Below are positions 27,799 to 39,814 of a stretch of 64,000 nt of DNA, in pieces. The notes under the pieces were generated by a model that saw only the letters and a program-made list of their open reading frames with translations, did no database searches and had not been told where the DNA came from. The stretch comes from Octopus sinensis (Eukaryota): assembly GCF_006345805.1 (NCBI RefSeq), contig NC_043011.1:60772464-60836463 (forward strand), in the 5' to 3' direction. Within the stretch, counting starts at the first letter, position 1. Every line of letters starts with the position of its first letter. A program made the translations under genes and the position numbers.

Positions 27799-27914
27799 CA
27801 TATATATATACATATATATACATATATATATACATATATTATATACATATATATATACATATATACATATATATATACATATATATAATATATATATACA
27901 TATATATATAATAT
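26021..27914. repeat. 1.9-kb (TA)n-type array with a G-to-C polarity switch near 26420
   Basis: TATG variants before ~26400, TATAC variants after. Confidence 0.9.
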
Positions 27915-28359
27915 CCGGTTCCGTTTTCAGCAGAGAAAGACGTGATTGCCTTTGCTCTGTGAAAAAGTCTGCATAGAACTGCGAAATAACCCACTGTAGT
28001 TGCAAAACTTAAAACTCTAAGTCATAGAGATCACTACAACACTTTGGTTAAAAATATTTTTAAAAATATATATATAAATATATACATATACACAGTAATT
28101 TTCATTTTCGCCGAAACGCACATAGTGCAAAAATAACTGAATCAAGTTATCTCCTGCAAGAAAGAAAAAAGAAGCATCTCTCCTGAAAAAAAAAATCCCG
28201 TAAACCAAAAAAAAAATAATCCAGACCACATTGTTGGATTAAGTATCAATTTCATCTATTTCATATTTTATTTATTATTCTATTTTATCTTTCATCTTAG
28301 TTAAAGTTGCGATCGTCATTTGGTGTGTTTACATTTTCAATAACTGTTCTCGATATAAT

Positions 28360-29548
28360 AATTTTCCAGATACTCTATCTTCTAATTAGCCTTAACATTA
28401 AATTAAATAACGTTTAATAGTGATACCGTCAAATTAGCCTTAGGATTAAATTAAATAACGTTTAATATTGTTTAATATTGTTATAATTATTGTTAATTAG
28501 CCTTAAGATTAAATTAAATAACGTTTAATATTGTTTAATATTGTTAATAATTTTTCAGATACTCTATCTTCTAATTAGCCTTAAGATTAAATTAAATAAC
28601 GTTTAATATTAATAACGTCTAATTAGCCTTAGGATTAAATTAAATAACGTTTAATATTGTTAATAATTATTGTTAATTAGCCTTAGGATTAAATTAAATA
28701 ACGTTTAATATTGTTTAATATTGTTAATAATTACTGTTAATTAGCCTTAAGATTAAATTAAATAACGTTTAATATTGTTTAATATTGTTAATAATTATTG
28801 TTAATTAGCCTTAGGATTAAATTAAATAACGTTCAATATTGTTTAATATTGTTAATAATTATTGTTAATTAGCCTTAAGATTAAATTAAATAACGTTTAA
28901 TATTGTTTTAACATTGTTAATAATTTTCAGACTCTATCTATCTTCTAATTAGCCTTAAGATTAAATTAAATAACGTTTATATTACCCACACTCTAATATA
29001 ATATTAACATTGCTAATATATTTTCAGATACTCTATCTCCTGATTAGCCTTAAGATTAAATAACGTTTTTATCCACACTCTAATATAATATTAATATTGC
29101 TAATATATTTTCAGATCTCTATCTTCTAATTAGCCTTAAGATTAAATTAAATAACGTTTAATATTAATAACGTCTAATTAGCCTTAAGATTAAATTAAAT
29201 AACGGTTAATATTGCTTAATATTGTATATATAATTTTTCAGATACTCTGTCTTCTAATTAGCCTTAAGATTAGATTAAATAACGTTTAATATTACCCACA
29301 CTCTAATATAATATTAATATTGCTAATATATTTTCAGATACTCTATCTCCAAATAGCCTTAAGATTAAATAACGTTTTTTTACCCACACTCTAATATAAT
29401 ATTAATATTGCTAATATATTTTCAGATACTCTATCTCCTAATTAGCCTTAAGATTAAATAACGTTTTTACCCAAATAACGTTTTTACACAAACTTTAATA
29501 TTGTTAATATTTCTTTTTCAAGTACTCTATCTTCTAATTAGCCTTAAT
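28360..29548. repeat. AT-rich tandem array of 17 units with core AATTAGCCTTA(A/G)GATTAAATTAAATAACGTTT, immediately upstream of ORF1
   Basis: Cores counted at 28384, 28432, 28495, 28573, 28621, 28675, 28739, 28803, 28867, 28947, 29042, 29128, 29176, 29256, 29351, 29440, 29536. Confidence 0.9.
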
Positions 29549-29608
29549 ATCTTCCTGTCTTCTCTCGAACATAATTAGATAGATAAACGGATAGACGGAT
29601 TATCCAGC

Positions 29609-30547
29609 ATGTCCAGAGCATGGAGACGTGACGAGCTGGATTTATTCGTACGAGCATGGGAGTGCGCCGGCGGAGATAGCCCTAGCGAGGTGATTGCGGC
29701 TGCGCTGAAGAGCAGAGGCTACAAGAGGACAGCGGCTCAGATGGAGCGAAAGAGACAGGAATTCGTGCGCTCATATGCGCTTGTACGGTCGCACATTGGC
29801 GCACTTGATGCCATCTTTGAGAACGAGCGGGGCAAAGATGGCAAGAATGGAGACGATGAAAGAAGTCACCCCCACCTGGTGGACGCCCAGGAGGAGGTTT
29901 TGAATGAGAAACCTGCCCGGGAAGTGAACCCAGGTGCAAGTTCTCCAACCGGCAGCAAGGGCCATGGAGACGGAGAACCCGGTGAAGAGGTAGAGGGAGG
30001 AAGAAGAACTAAAAGAAGGACTGGAAGAGCTAAAGGAAAAGAAAAAGCTCAAGCAGGACCAAAGAGAGAAACAACCAGGAGTAGAAGTGGAACCGCAAAG
30101 GATGAAACCAAACAGCGCACACGGGTGTGTATGTTCTACCTGAGAGGTTCCTGCTGGCACGGAAAGGAAGGTGCAGGCTGCCGCTTTGCACATCGGGGAC
30201 CCTGCCACAGAGACACGAGGCAGATGGACAAACCATCAACACAAAGAAAAGGGATGGACTACGCACCACCTGCCCCAAAGCGGAGGTACGCAGATGTTGT
30301 GCGCGCCACAAACAGCCAACATGATGTTGTCGAAAGAGCAGCTGCTGAGCAACAATCTTTTTTGTGCATGGCACAAAAGATTGTACAGCAGCTGACCTGG
30401 CTTCATCAAACCCAAGCCCGCAGGTGGGACTACCCCTATATACCAGACCACCACAGCAAACAGACACAGGATGGACACCGCCGGCAACAACGTACACCTC
30501 ACCTCGATACTCCTACTGAACATCAGAGGACTGCAAACACTCAGTAA
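29609..30547 (+). CDS. LINE ORF1, 312 aa: N-terminal Myb/SANT-like (trihelix) domain, basic linker, CCCH zinc finger
   Basis: Intact ORF in GC-richer sequence directly before ORF2. WRRDELDLFVRAW...IAAALKSRGYKRTAAQMERKRQEFVRSY; CMFYLRGSCWHGKEGAGCRFAH (C-x7-C-x8-C-x3-H) at 30128-30193. Confidence 0.85.
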   Translation: MSRAWRRDELDLFVRAWECAGGDSPSEVIAAALKSRGYKRTAAQMERKRQEFVRSYALVRSHIGALDAIFENERGKDGKNGDDERSHPHLVDAQEEVLNEKPAREVNPGASSPTGSKGHGDGEPGEEVEGGRRTKRRTGRAKGKEKAQAGPKRETTRSRSGTAKDETKQRTRVCMFYLRGSCWHGKEGAGCRFAHRGPCHRDTRQMDKPSTQRKGMDYAPPAPKRRYADVVRATNSQHDVVERAAAEQQSFLCMAQKIVQQLTWLHQTQARRWDYPYIPDHHSKQTQDGHRRQQRTPHLDTPTEHQRTANTQ

Positions 30548-33460
30548 CAGGACAAAGATCCCGTTCCTGAGAGACTTTGTTGCATGCAATCAAGCCTTAT
30601 GCATAGCACTTACAGAAACGCACCTGAAACCGGACATAGCAGATGCGGAGTTACACATACCACAGTATGCTGTACTACGGACCGACAGGAAAGAAAGGAG
30701 TCATGGAGGTGTTGCTATGTACATCCGTGAGGACCTCACACCCCAGGTCCTCTTGTCATACTCAAACTCGGTGTGTGACACACTAATTGTACATATCAGG
30801 CAACTTGATGTAGTTGTGTGTGCTACATATCGCCCTCCAGATGCCCCAAGCCATGTGGGCAAGTTTGAAGACTGCCTTATAAAAATAGAAGAAATTCTAA
30901 CCACATTAGAACAACACATAGGTGTGCTTCTTATGGGAGACTTCAATCTGCCCAATGTCAGATGGCCCGAGGGCCTTTCTCTCCCAGGAATGACAAGATG
31001 TGAACGAGGACAGGCGAGGTCCCTCCTGAACCTCATCAACACCTGTACATGGAGCAGGTAATACTCCAACCAACCAGGGCAGGTAACACACTGGATCTCT
31101 GCTTCACAAATGACATGGATCTCTTCCATAATGTGAAAGTGACACCGACACTACTCTCGGATCACAACATGATAGAGCTGACCATGTACGGGCCAAAAGA
31201 GAGCACGGACATGCAGCCTACAAGAAACCCTCAAAATCTTTCCAGCTTGAACTACCATAAGGCAAACTGGAACCAAATTGAGAAAGAGATCCTCAAACAA
31301 AACTGGCCTAAATGTCTCTCCTCGACTGACATCGACGTGAAACTTCAACAATTCATGTCTGTAATGCAAGCCATATGCTACAAATGTGTCCCAGAGTGAA
31401 AGGCCACTGTACACAAGAACAAAATCCCCAGAGAGAGGAAAATTTTAATGAGACGGCGTACGAAATTTTCAAATCGCCTAAACAAACAGATTGAAAGCAG
31501 TGAAAAGTCCCGCCTAAAAATAAAACTGTTGGAAATCGAAAAATGTCTGCAACTCTCCCATGAAAAAGAAAGAGCAGACAGAGAAGCCTGGGCTATAGAA
31601 AACATAAAATCTAACCCCAGAGCTTTCTACAGGTATGCCAAAGAAACAGCTACAGTGCACTGTAGAATAGGCCACTCCTCGAAAAGGATGGCACACTTAC
31701 AGGAAAACCAATGAGGGTAAGTGAAATACTGAATGAGCAATTCAAGAGTGTTTTCACTCCACCCCTTGGGCATCTCCAAATCACCAATCCAACTGACTTT
31801 TTTACCACTGCAGATATAAAATCAGAGGCGGCGACGATAGATTCATCGATATAAAGGAAGACGATGTAACAAAGGCTATAGATGAAATGAAAACAGACTC
31901 AGCTACTGGCCCCGATGGATTCCCGGCAATCCTCCTAAAAGCATGTAAAGAGTCCTAGCAAGACCACTGCAGTTCCTCTTTCAGAGCTTCCTTGCAGCTG
32001 GCAAACTTCCAGGAAAACTGAAGGAAGGTAAAATATGCCCCATTCATAAAGGAGGTAGCAGAGCGGAAGAGCCAAGAACTATAGACCTATCTCTCTGACC
32101 TCACACATCAGCAAGGTCATGGAACGAATAGTCAGAAGGAAGCTGATCACCTTCCTTGAAGAGAATGACTTGCTGCCCGACACCAACATGGTTCCGACCA
32201 GGGAGAAGCTGTTTAACTCAGCTCCTACAACACTATGACTGGGTGCTGAAACGGCTGCTCAACCACTCAAATGTGAAGTGATATATCTCGACTTTGCAAA
32301 GGCCTTTGATAAAGTCGATCATGGAATGATATGTCACAAACTGCGTGATCTCAACATAGTTGGAAAACTGGGAGAATGGCTTCATGACTTTCTGAAGGAT
32401 AGAAGTCAGGTGGTAGTAGCCAATGGGGCCACCTCCATTAACACACAAATAGTGAGCGGTGTTCCGCAGGGCACTGTTCTGGGACCACTACTGTTCATAA
32501 TGGCCCTCTCAGACATGCCCTCAGCCACGCAGAGAGCCACGATCACAAGTTATGCAGATGATACAAAAGTTTCACAGGCAATACAGACCCTGAGGACACT
32601 AAACACCTGCAATGTGAGCTGGACGAAATATACAAGTGGGCTGAAAAGAATAGCATGCAGTTCAATGCTGGAAAGTTTCAAGCTTTATACTATCAGCATG
32701 CAAAACTGAATGCAATACCCAATGAATACACTGGACCCGGAGGGATTGCAATCCCAGAGGCACAATCAGTGCGTGACCTGGGTATTCACATGAGTGATGA
32801 CGCGACCTTTCATGTACATGTTGCTAAACTGACAATGAAATGTAGACGGCTGGCTGGATGGATTCTTAGAACCTTTAGAACAAGAGAACAAAAAACCATG
32901 ATGGTCCTCTGGAAGACACTTGTCCTAAGCCACTTTGACTATTGCTCTCAGCTATGGTCACCATCCAGTGTCAAGTTGATCACAGAACTTGAGGCGATCC
33001 AACGAAGCTACACAAAGAAGATAGCCTCTATGCAGAATGTAAGCTACTGGGAAAGACTCAAGAGATTAAAATTATATTCTCTGGAGCGTAGGCGGGAAAG
33101 ATATGCCATAATATACATCTGGAAGATCCTGGAGGGAAGTGTCCTGAACTTTGGCATCGAGAGTTACGCAAATGCAGAACTGGGCGCCACTGCGTGGTGC
33201 CTAGGACTCCAAACCTGCCATCAAGATGTAGGACAAGATTCTGTGATAGCCTGGGCTTCCGAGGCCCACAGCTCTTCAATATCCTCCCGAAGAACCTGAG
33301 AGACCTGCATGGGGTGGATACAGATGTCTTTAAAATGAAGCTGGATCTCTTCCTGTCAGGTGTCCCAGATGAACCAACTTCACGGCAGGAGGGGCAGATG
33401 AGGGCAGCTGCATCGAACTCTCTCATGCACCAAATAGCAGTTGCTAGAAAGCCTCCATGA
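30471..33460 (+). pseudogene. LINE ORF2 (AP endonuclease + reverse transcriptase), broken by several 1-nt indels
   Basis: [29 protein letters not shown] (APE); GPDG, YRPISLTS, YLDFAKAFDKVDH, GVPQGTVLGPLLF, YADDTK, RDLGI (RT). Confidence 0.92.
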
Positions 33461-33551
33461 AGTGAAACCAAGTAGCAACACCAAATGGCGGTGCCCCAGC
33501 ATGGCCACAGCTCATAAGCTGAAACTAGAATCAATCAATCAATCAATCAAT

Positions 33552-33743
33552 ATATTAATATATATATATATATATACATAATATATATATTATATACATT
33601 ATATATATACATATATATAATAACATATATACATATATATATTATATACATATATATATATATACATTATACATATATATACATATATATATTATATACA
33701 TTAGATATGATATATATATACATATATATACATATATATATAT

Positions 33744-33804
<61 letters not shown>

Positions 33805-34007
33805 CATATATTATATATATCTACAACATATATATATATAACACATATATATATATACATATATATATATACATTATATATATATACATATATATATATA
33901 TATACATTATATATACATATATATATATATACATCTATACATATACATATATATATATACATATACATAACATATACATATATATATACATATATATATA
34001 TATAACC

Positions 34008-34066
<59 letters not shown>

Positions 34067-34092
34067 CAATAATATATATATAAATATATATA
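33552..34092. repeat. (TA)n/(TATAC) array
   Basis: Direct inspection. Confidence 0.95.
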
Positions 34093-34393
34093 AGACTTGA
34101 TACTTGATACGTGATAGGTTTCGGCCATATTGGCCCAGGCCATGTCTAACTTATATACCTGGTACCAGTCTTCAGTCAGAATTTGGGCACTATGGCCCAC
34201 TCAATAGATATTGTTACAGAGACATATCCATAGGGGTTTATCCGGGTTTCTTGAAGGAATCTGTCCAAAGATCTTGAACTCTATAGGGTCAGTTCTGTTT
34301 TAATGTTTTTTGGTGTAATGTTAAAGAGAGCGGGGCCCATTAGGTGAAATAATGTTGCCATTGTTGTTATGAGATAGAGTGCGATTTTTGTTT
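34093..34393 (-). mobile_element. 3' fragment of another CR1-group LINE family, (CAAGTAT) tail
   Basis: Minus strand gives degenerate ...GPRSL...TDPIEFK...PDKP..., like CR1 ORF2 C-termini, then the GGCCAATATGGCCGAAAC stem-loop. Confidence 0.7.
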
Positions 34394-34673
34394 ATATACT
34401 ATATATATATATACATATATATATACATATATATATACATATACATATATATACATATATATATACATATATATATATATACATATATATATACATATAT
34501 ATAGACATAACATATATATACATATATATATATATACATATATATATACATATATATATACATATAATATATACATACATATATATATACATATATATAT
34601 ATATACATATATATATACATATAATATATACATATATATAATATATATATATATATAACATATATGTATATAT

Positions 34674-37600
34674 ACGTACACCTCACCTCGATACTCCTAC
34701 TGAACATCAGAGGACTGCAAACACTCAGTAACAGGACAAAGATCCCGTTCCTGAGAGACTTTGTTGCATGCAATCAAGCCTTATGCATAGCACTTCAGAG
34801 AAACGCACCTGAAACCGGACATAGCAGATGCGGAGTTACACATACCACAGTATGCTGTACTACGGACCGACAGGAAAGAAAGGAGTCATGGAGGTGTTGC
34901 TATGTACATCCGTGAGGACCTCACACCCCAGGTCCTCTTGTCACACTCAAACTCGGTGTGTGACACACTAATTTACATATTAGGCAACTTGATGTAGTTG
35001 TGTGTGCTACATATCGCCCTCCAGATGCCCCAAGCCATGTGGGCAAGTTTGAAGACTGCCTTATAAAAATAGAAGAAATTCTAACCACATTAGAACAACA
35101 CATAGGTGTGCTTCTATGGGAGACTTCAATCTGCCCAATGTCAGATGGCCCGAGGGCCTTTCTCTCCCAGGAATGACAAGATGTGAACGAGGACAGGCGA
35201 GGTCCCTCCTGAACCTCATCAACACCCTGTACATGGAGCAGGTAATACTCCAACCAACCAGGGCAGGAACACACTGGATCTCTGCTTCACAAATGACATG
35301 GATCTCATCCATAATGTGAAAGTGACACGACACTACTCTCGGATCACAACATGATAGAGCTGACCATGTACGGGCCAAAAGAGAGCACGGACATGCAGCC
35401 TACAAGAAACCCTCAAAATCTTTCCAGCTTGAACTACCATAAGGCAAACTGGAACCAAATTGAGAAAGAGATCCTCAAACAAAACTGGCCTAAATGTCTC
35501 TCCTCGACAGACATCGACGTGAAACTTCAACAATTCATGTCTGTAATGCAAGCCATATGCTACAAATGTGTCCCAGAGAGAAGGCCACTGTACACAAGAA
35601 CAAAATCCCCAGAGAGAGGAAAATTTTAATGAGACGCGTACGAAATTTTCAAATCGCCTAAACAAACAGATTGAAAGCAGTGAAAAGTCCCGCCTAAAAA
35701 TAAAACTGTTGGAAATCGAAAAATGTCTGCAACTCTCCCATGAAAAAGAAAGAGCAAACAGAGAAGCCTGGGCTATAGAAAACATAAAATGTAACCCCAG
35801 AGCTTTCTACACAGTATGCCAAAGAACAGCTACAGTGCACTGTAGAATAGGGCCACTCCTCGAAAAGGATGGCACACTTACAGGAAAACCAATGAGGGTA
35901 AGTGAAATACTGAATGAGCAATTCAAGAGTGTTTTCACTCCATCCCTTGGGCATCTCCAATCACCAATCCAACTGACTTTTTTAACACTGCAGATATAAA
36001 ATCAGAGGCGGCGACGATAGATTACATCGATATAAAGGAAAGATGTAACCAAGGCTATAGATGAAATGAAAACAGACTCAGCTACTGGCCCCGATGGATT
36101 CCGGCAATCCTCCTAAAAGCATGTAAGAGAGTCCTAGCAAGACCACTGCAGTTCCTCTTTCAGAGCTTCCTTGCAGCTGGCAAACTTCCAGGAAAACTGA
36201 AGGAAGGTAAAATATGCCCCATTCATAAAGGAGGTAGCAGAGCGGAAGCCAAGAACTATAGACCTATCTCTCTGACCTCACACATCAGCAAGGTCATGGA
36301 ACGAATAGTCAGAAGGAAGCTGATCACCTTCCTTGAAGAGAATGACTTGCTGCCCGACACCCAACATGGTTTCCGACCAGGGAGAAGCTGTTTAACTCAG
36401 CTCCTACAACACTATGACTGGGTGCTGAAACGGCTGCTCAACCACTCAAATGTGGAAGTGATATATCTCGACTTTGCAAAGGCCTTTGATAAAGTCGATC
36501 ATGGAATGATATGTCACAAACTGCGTGATCTCAACATAGTTGGAAAACTGGGAGAATGGCTTCATGACTTTCTGAAGGATAGAAGTCAGGTGGTAGTAGC
36601 CAATGGGGCCACCTCCATTAACACACAAATAGTGAGCGGTGTTCCGCAGGGCATTGTTCTGGGACACTACTGTTCATAATGGCCCTCTCAGACATGCCCT
36701 CAGCCACGCAGAGAGCCACGATCACAAGTTATGCAGATGATACAAAAGTTTCACAGGCAATACAGAACCCTGAGGACACTAAACACCTGCAATGTGAGCT
36801 GGACGAAATATACAAGTGGGCTGAAAAGAATAGCATGCAGTTCAATGCTGGAAAGTTTCAAGCTTTATACTATCAGCATGCAAAACTGAATGCAATACCC
36901 AATGAATACACTGGACCCGGAGGGATTGCAATCCCAGAGGCACAATCAGTGCGTGACCTGGGTATTCACATGAGTGATGACGCGACCTTTCATGTACATG
37001 TTGCTAAACTGACACTGAAATGTAGACGGCTGGCTGGATGGATTCTTAGAACCTTTAGAACAAGAGAACAAAAAACCATGATGGTCCTCTGGAAGACACT
37101 TGTCCTAAGCCACTTTGACTATTGCTCTCAGCTATGGTCACCATCCAGTGTCAAGTTGATCACAGAACTTGAGGCGACCCAACGAAGCTACACAAAGAAG
37201 ATAGCCTCTATGCAGAATGTAAGCTACTGGGAAAGACTCAAGAGATTAAAATTATATTCCCTGGAGCGTAGGCGGGAAAGATATGCCATAATATACATCT
37301 GGAAGATCCTGGAGGGAAGTGTCCAGAACTTTGGCATCGAGAGTTACGCAAATGCCAGAACTGGGCGCCACTGCGTGGTGCCTAGGACTCCAAACCTGCC
37401 ATCAAGATGTAGGACAGATTCTGTGATAGCCTGGGCTTCCGAGGCCCACAGCTCTTCAATATCCTCCCGAAGAACCTGAGAGACCTGCATGGGGTGGATC
37501 AGATGTCTTTAAAATGAAGCTGGATCTCTTCCTGTCAGGTGTCCCAGATGAACCAACTTCACGGCAGGAGGGGCAGATGAGGGCAGCTGCATCGAACTCT

Positions 37601-37727
37601 CTCATGCACCAAATAGCAGCTGCTAGAAAGCCTCCATCAAGTGAAACCAAGTAGCAACACCAAATGGCGGTTTGCCCCAGCATGGCCACAGCTCATAAGT
37701 GAAACTAGAATCAATCAATCAATCAAT
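34674..37727 (+). mobile_element. CR1-group LINE copy D, 5'-truncated at the start of ORF2, (AATC)n tail
   Basis: Near-identical to 30490-33551; RT ORF pieces 36296-36679 and 36679-37479. Confidence 0.95.
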
Positions 37728-37746
37728 AATTATATACATATACATA

Positions 37747-37789
<43 letters not shown>

Positions 37790-38293
37790 TACATATATAT
37801 ATAACATATATACATATATTATATACATACTATACATATACATATATTACATATACATATACATATATATATACATATATATATATCTACAGATATATAT
37901 ATACATATATATATACACATATATATATATATACACATATATGTATATTCATACACATATATATATATATACACATATATATATATATACACATTTATAA
38001 TATAATATATATATATACATATATATATATATACATATATATAATATAATATATAACACATATATATTACACCACACATATATATATAGACATTATATAT
38101 ATCGATATAATTATAGTCATACATATTATATAACATATATATATTATATACACATATATATATATATACTATAATATATATCTACACTATATATATATAT
38201 ATACATATATATATATAAACAAATATCTATATATATATACACAATTATATATATATATACACATATCTATATATATATATATATACATATTTA

Positions 38294-38330
<37 letters not shown>
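37728..38330. repeat. (TA)n/(TATAC) array
   Basis: Direct inspection. Confidence 0.95.
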
Positions 38331-38545
38331 CACGATGGAGTGCTAAAAAGTTCCTGGATTTAAGGGTCTCGCGAAAAGCCTGTTTGGAGGCCCAAACTTC
38401 CGAGTTTTTTTACAGGGCTTAGAAAAACTGGGACCACTGCAATAATTGTGTGAATTTGAGAGAAGGATATGCTGAATAAAATCATAAGTAAATGAACCTC
38501 TTCAGCTTTCTTTTACCCAAAGACAAGAAATACCCTCGTTTATAC
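38331..38545. mobile_element. Probable Tc1/mariner-type MITE, degenerate
   Basis: Left end CGATGGAGTGCTAAAAAGTTCCTGG resembles mariner-type TIRs; the right end AAAGACAAGAAATACCCTCG is only a partial inverted match. Confidence 0.45.
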
Positions 38546-38586
38546 ATATATACTTATATATTATATGTATGTCTGCGTGTGTGTGC

Positions 38587-38630
<44 letters not shown>

Positions 38631-38829
38631 AGTAAAAATAACAATAACAAAATTGCGAAAATAATTCGCCATGTCTTCACTCAAAGAAATATTAATAGAA
38701 TGAACACCAAGAAACATGCGAATAGTCTTTGACAGAATGGTGATTCCTTATCATAACAATAAGCAGAGAATGAATATCGTTCATCTGTGTTCGTTTAAAC
38801 ATTAACTGTGTCAATCTCTCGTTCTCGTT

Positions 38830-38871
<42 letters not shown>

Positions 38872-39061
38872 TCTCTCTCTCTCTCTCTCGATGTAATACT
38901 GTATCTTCTCAGATTCAGCTGCCATCAGAAATGTCCCAGTTGGTGGAAAGCTTACTGATAATAATAAATGCGTTATTTTTGTACATTTCCATCACATTTT
39001 AAGAGTGCATGGCAGTTACTGTTGCTGCTGCTGCTACTACTACTACTACTACTACTACTAC

Positions 39062-39290
39062 TTATTTTTTTATTACCCACAAGGGGCTAAACACAGAGGG
39101 GACAAACAAGGACAGACATAGGTATTAAGTCGATTACATCGACCCCAGTGCGTAACTGGTACTTAATTTATCGACCCCGAAAGGATGAAAGGCAAAGTCG
39201 ACCTCGGCGGAATTTGAACTCACAACGTAACGGCAGATGAAATACCGCTAGGCATTTGGACCGGCGTGTTAACGTTTCTGCCAGGTCACC
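39062..39290 (-). mobile_element. SINE family B monomer (tail 1)
   Basis: Reverse complement of the 5075-5301 unit. Confidence 0.85.
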
Positions 39291-39390
39291 GTCTTATGGC
39301 AGTTACTGTTGCTGCTACTACTACTAACCACTACCTCCATCACAATCACCATCACCACCACCACCTCAACCTTCACTGCTAACTGCTAAA

Positions 39391-39432
<42 letters not shown>

Positions 39433-39814
39433 AATAGCCACCACCACTACTACTACAACACTTGTTTTGAAACATCGCCGTGATCATCGTAACTGAAGTC
39501 GTCGCTGTCATCATCATCACTGGTAGACAGAAACTGAAAGAAGCCCATCGTATGTGTGTGTGTGTGTGTGCCTTTGTTTGTCCCCACTACGGCTTGACAA
39601 CCGGCGTTGGTTTCTTTACGTCCCTGGGTAATTTGCTTCGATGATTCTATCAGTATGTTAAATCCTAAAGAATGGCCAATCTCAGAGACTGATTAGAGAA
39701 GTTGTTGTTATGATTATTATGTAATCGACTAGCCCTCCCACCCCTAAAATTTTGGGCCTTGTGCCTATGGTAGAAAGGATTATTATTATTATTATTATTA
39801 TTATTATTTTTATT

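Larger units (their letters stand above)
27915..33551 (+). mobile_element. CR1-group LINE copy C, apparently full length (~5.6 kb): long 5' region, ORF1, ORF2, (AATC)n tail
   Basis: Bounded by TA arrays on both sides; ORF1 and APE-RT ORF2 present. Placing the 5' boundary at the array edge is an inference. Confidence 0.85.

Noticed and set aside
20336-27911. Long YI/IY-repeat ORFs (up to 449 aa), and similar ones across the window
   Set aside because: Translation of (TA)n-type microsatellites, sometimes fused to LINE fragments.
28360-29548. CRISPR-like repeat/spacer appearance
   Set aside because: Spacers are recurring variants of each other rather than unique, the context is eukaryotic, and no cas genes are present.
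29682-30589. Antisense ORFs over ORF1
   Set aside because: Shadow frames of a GC-richer coding region with no recognisable motif.
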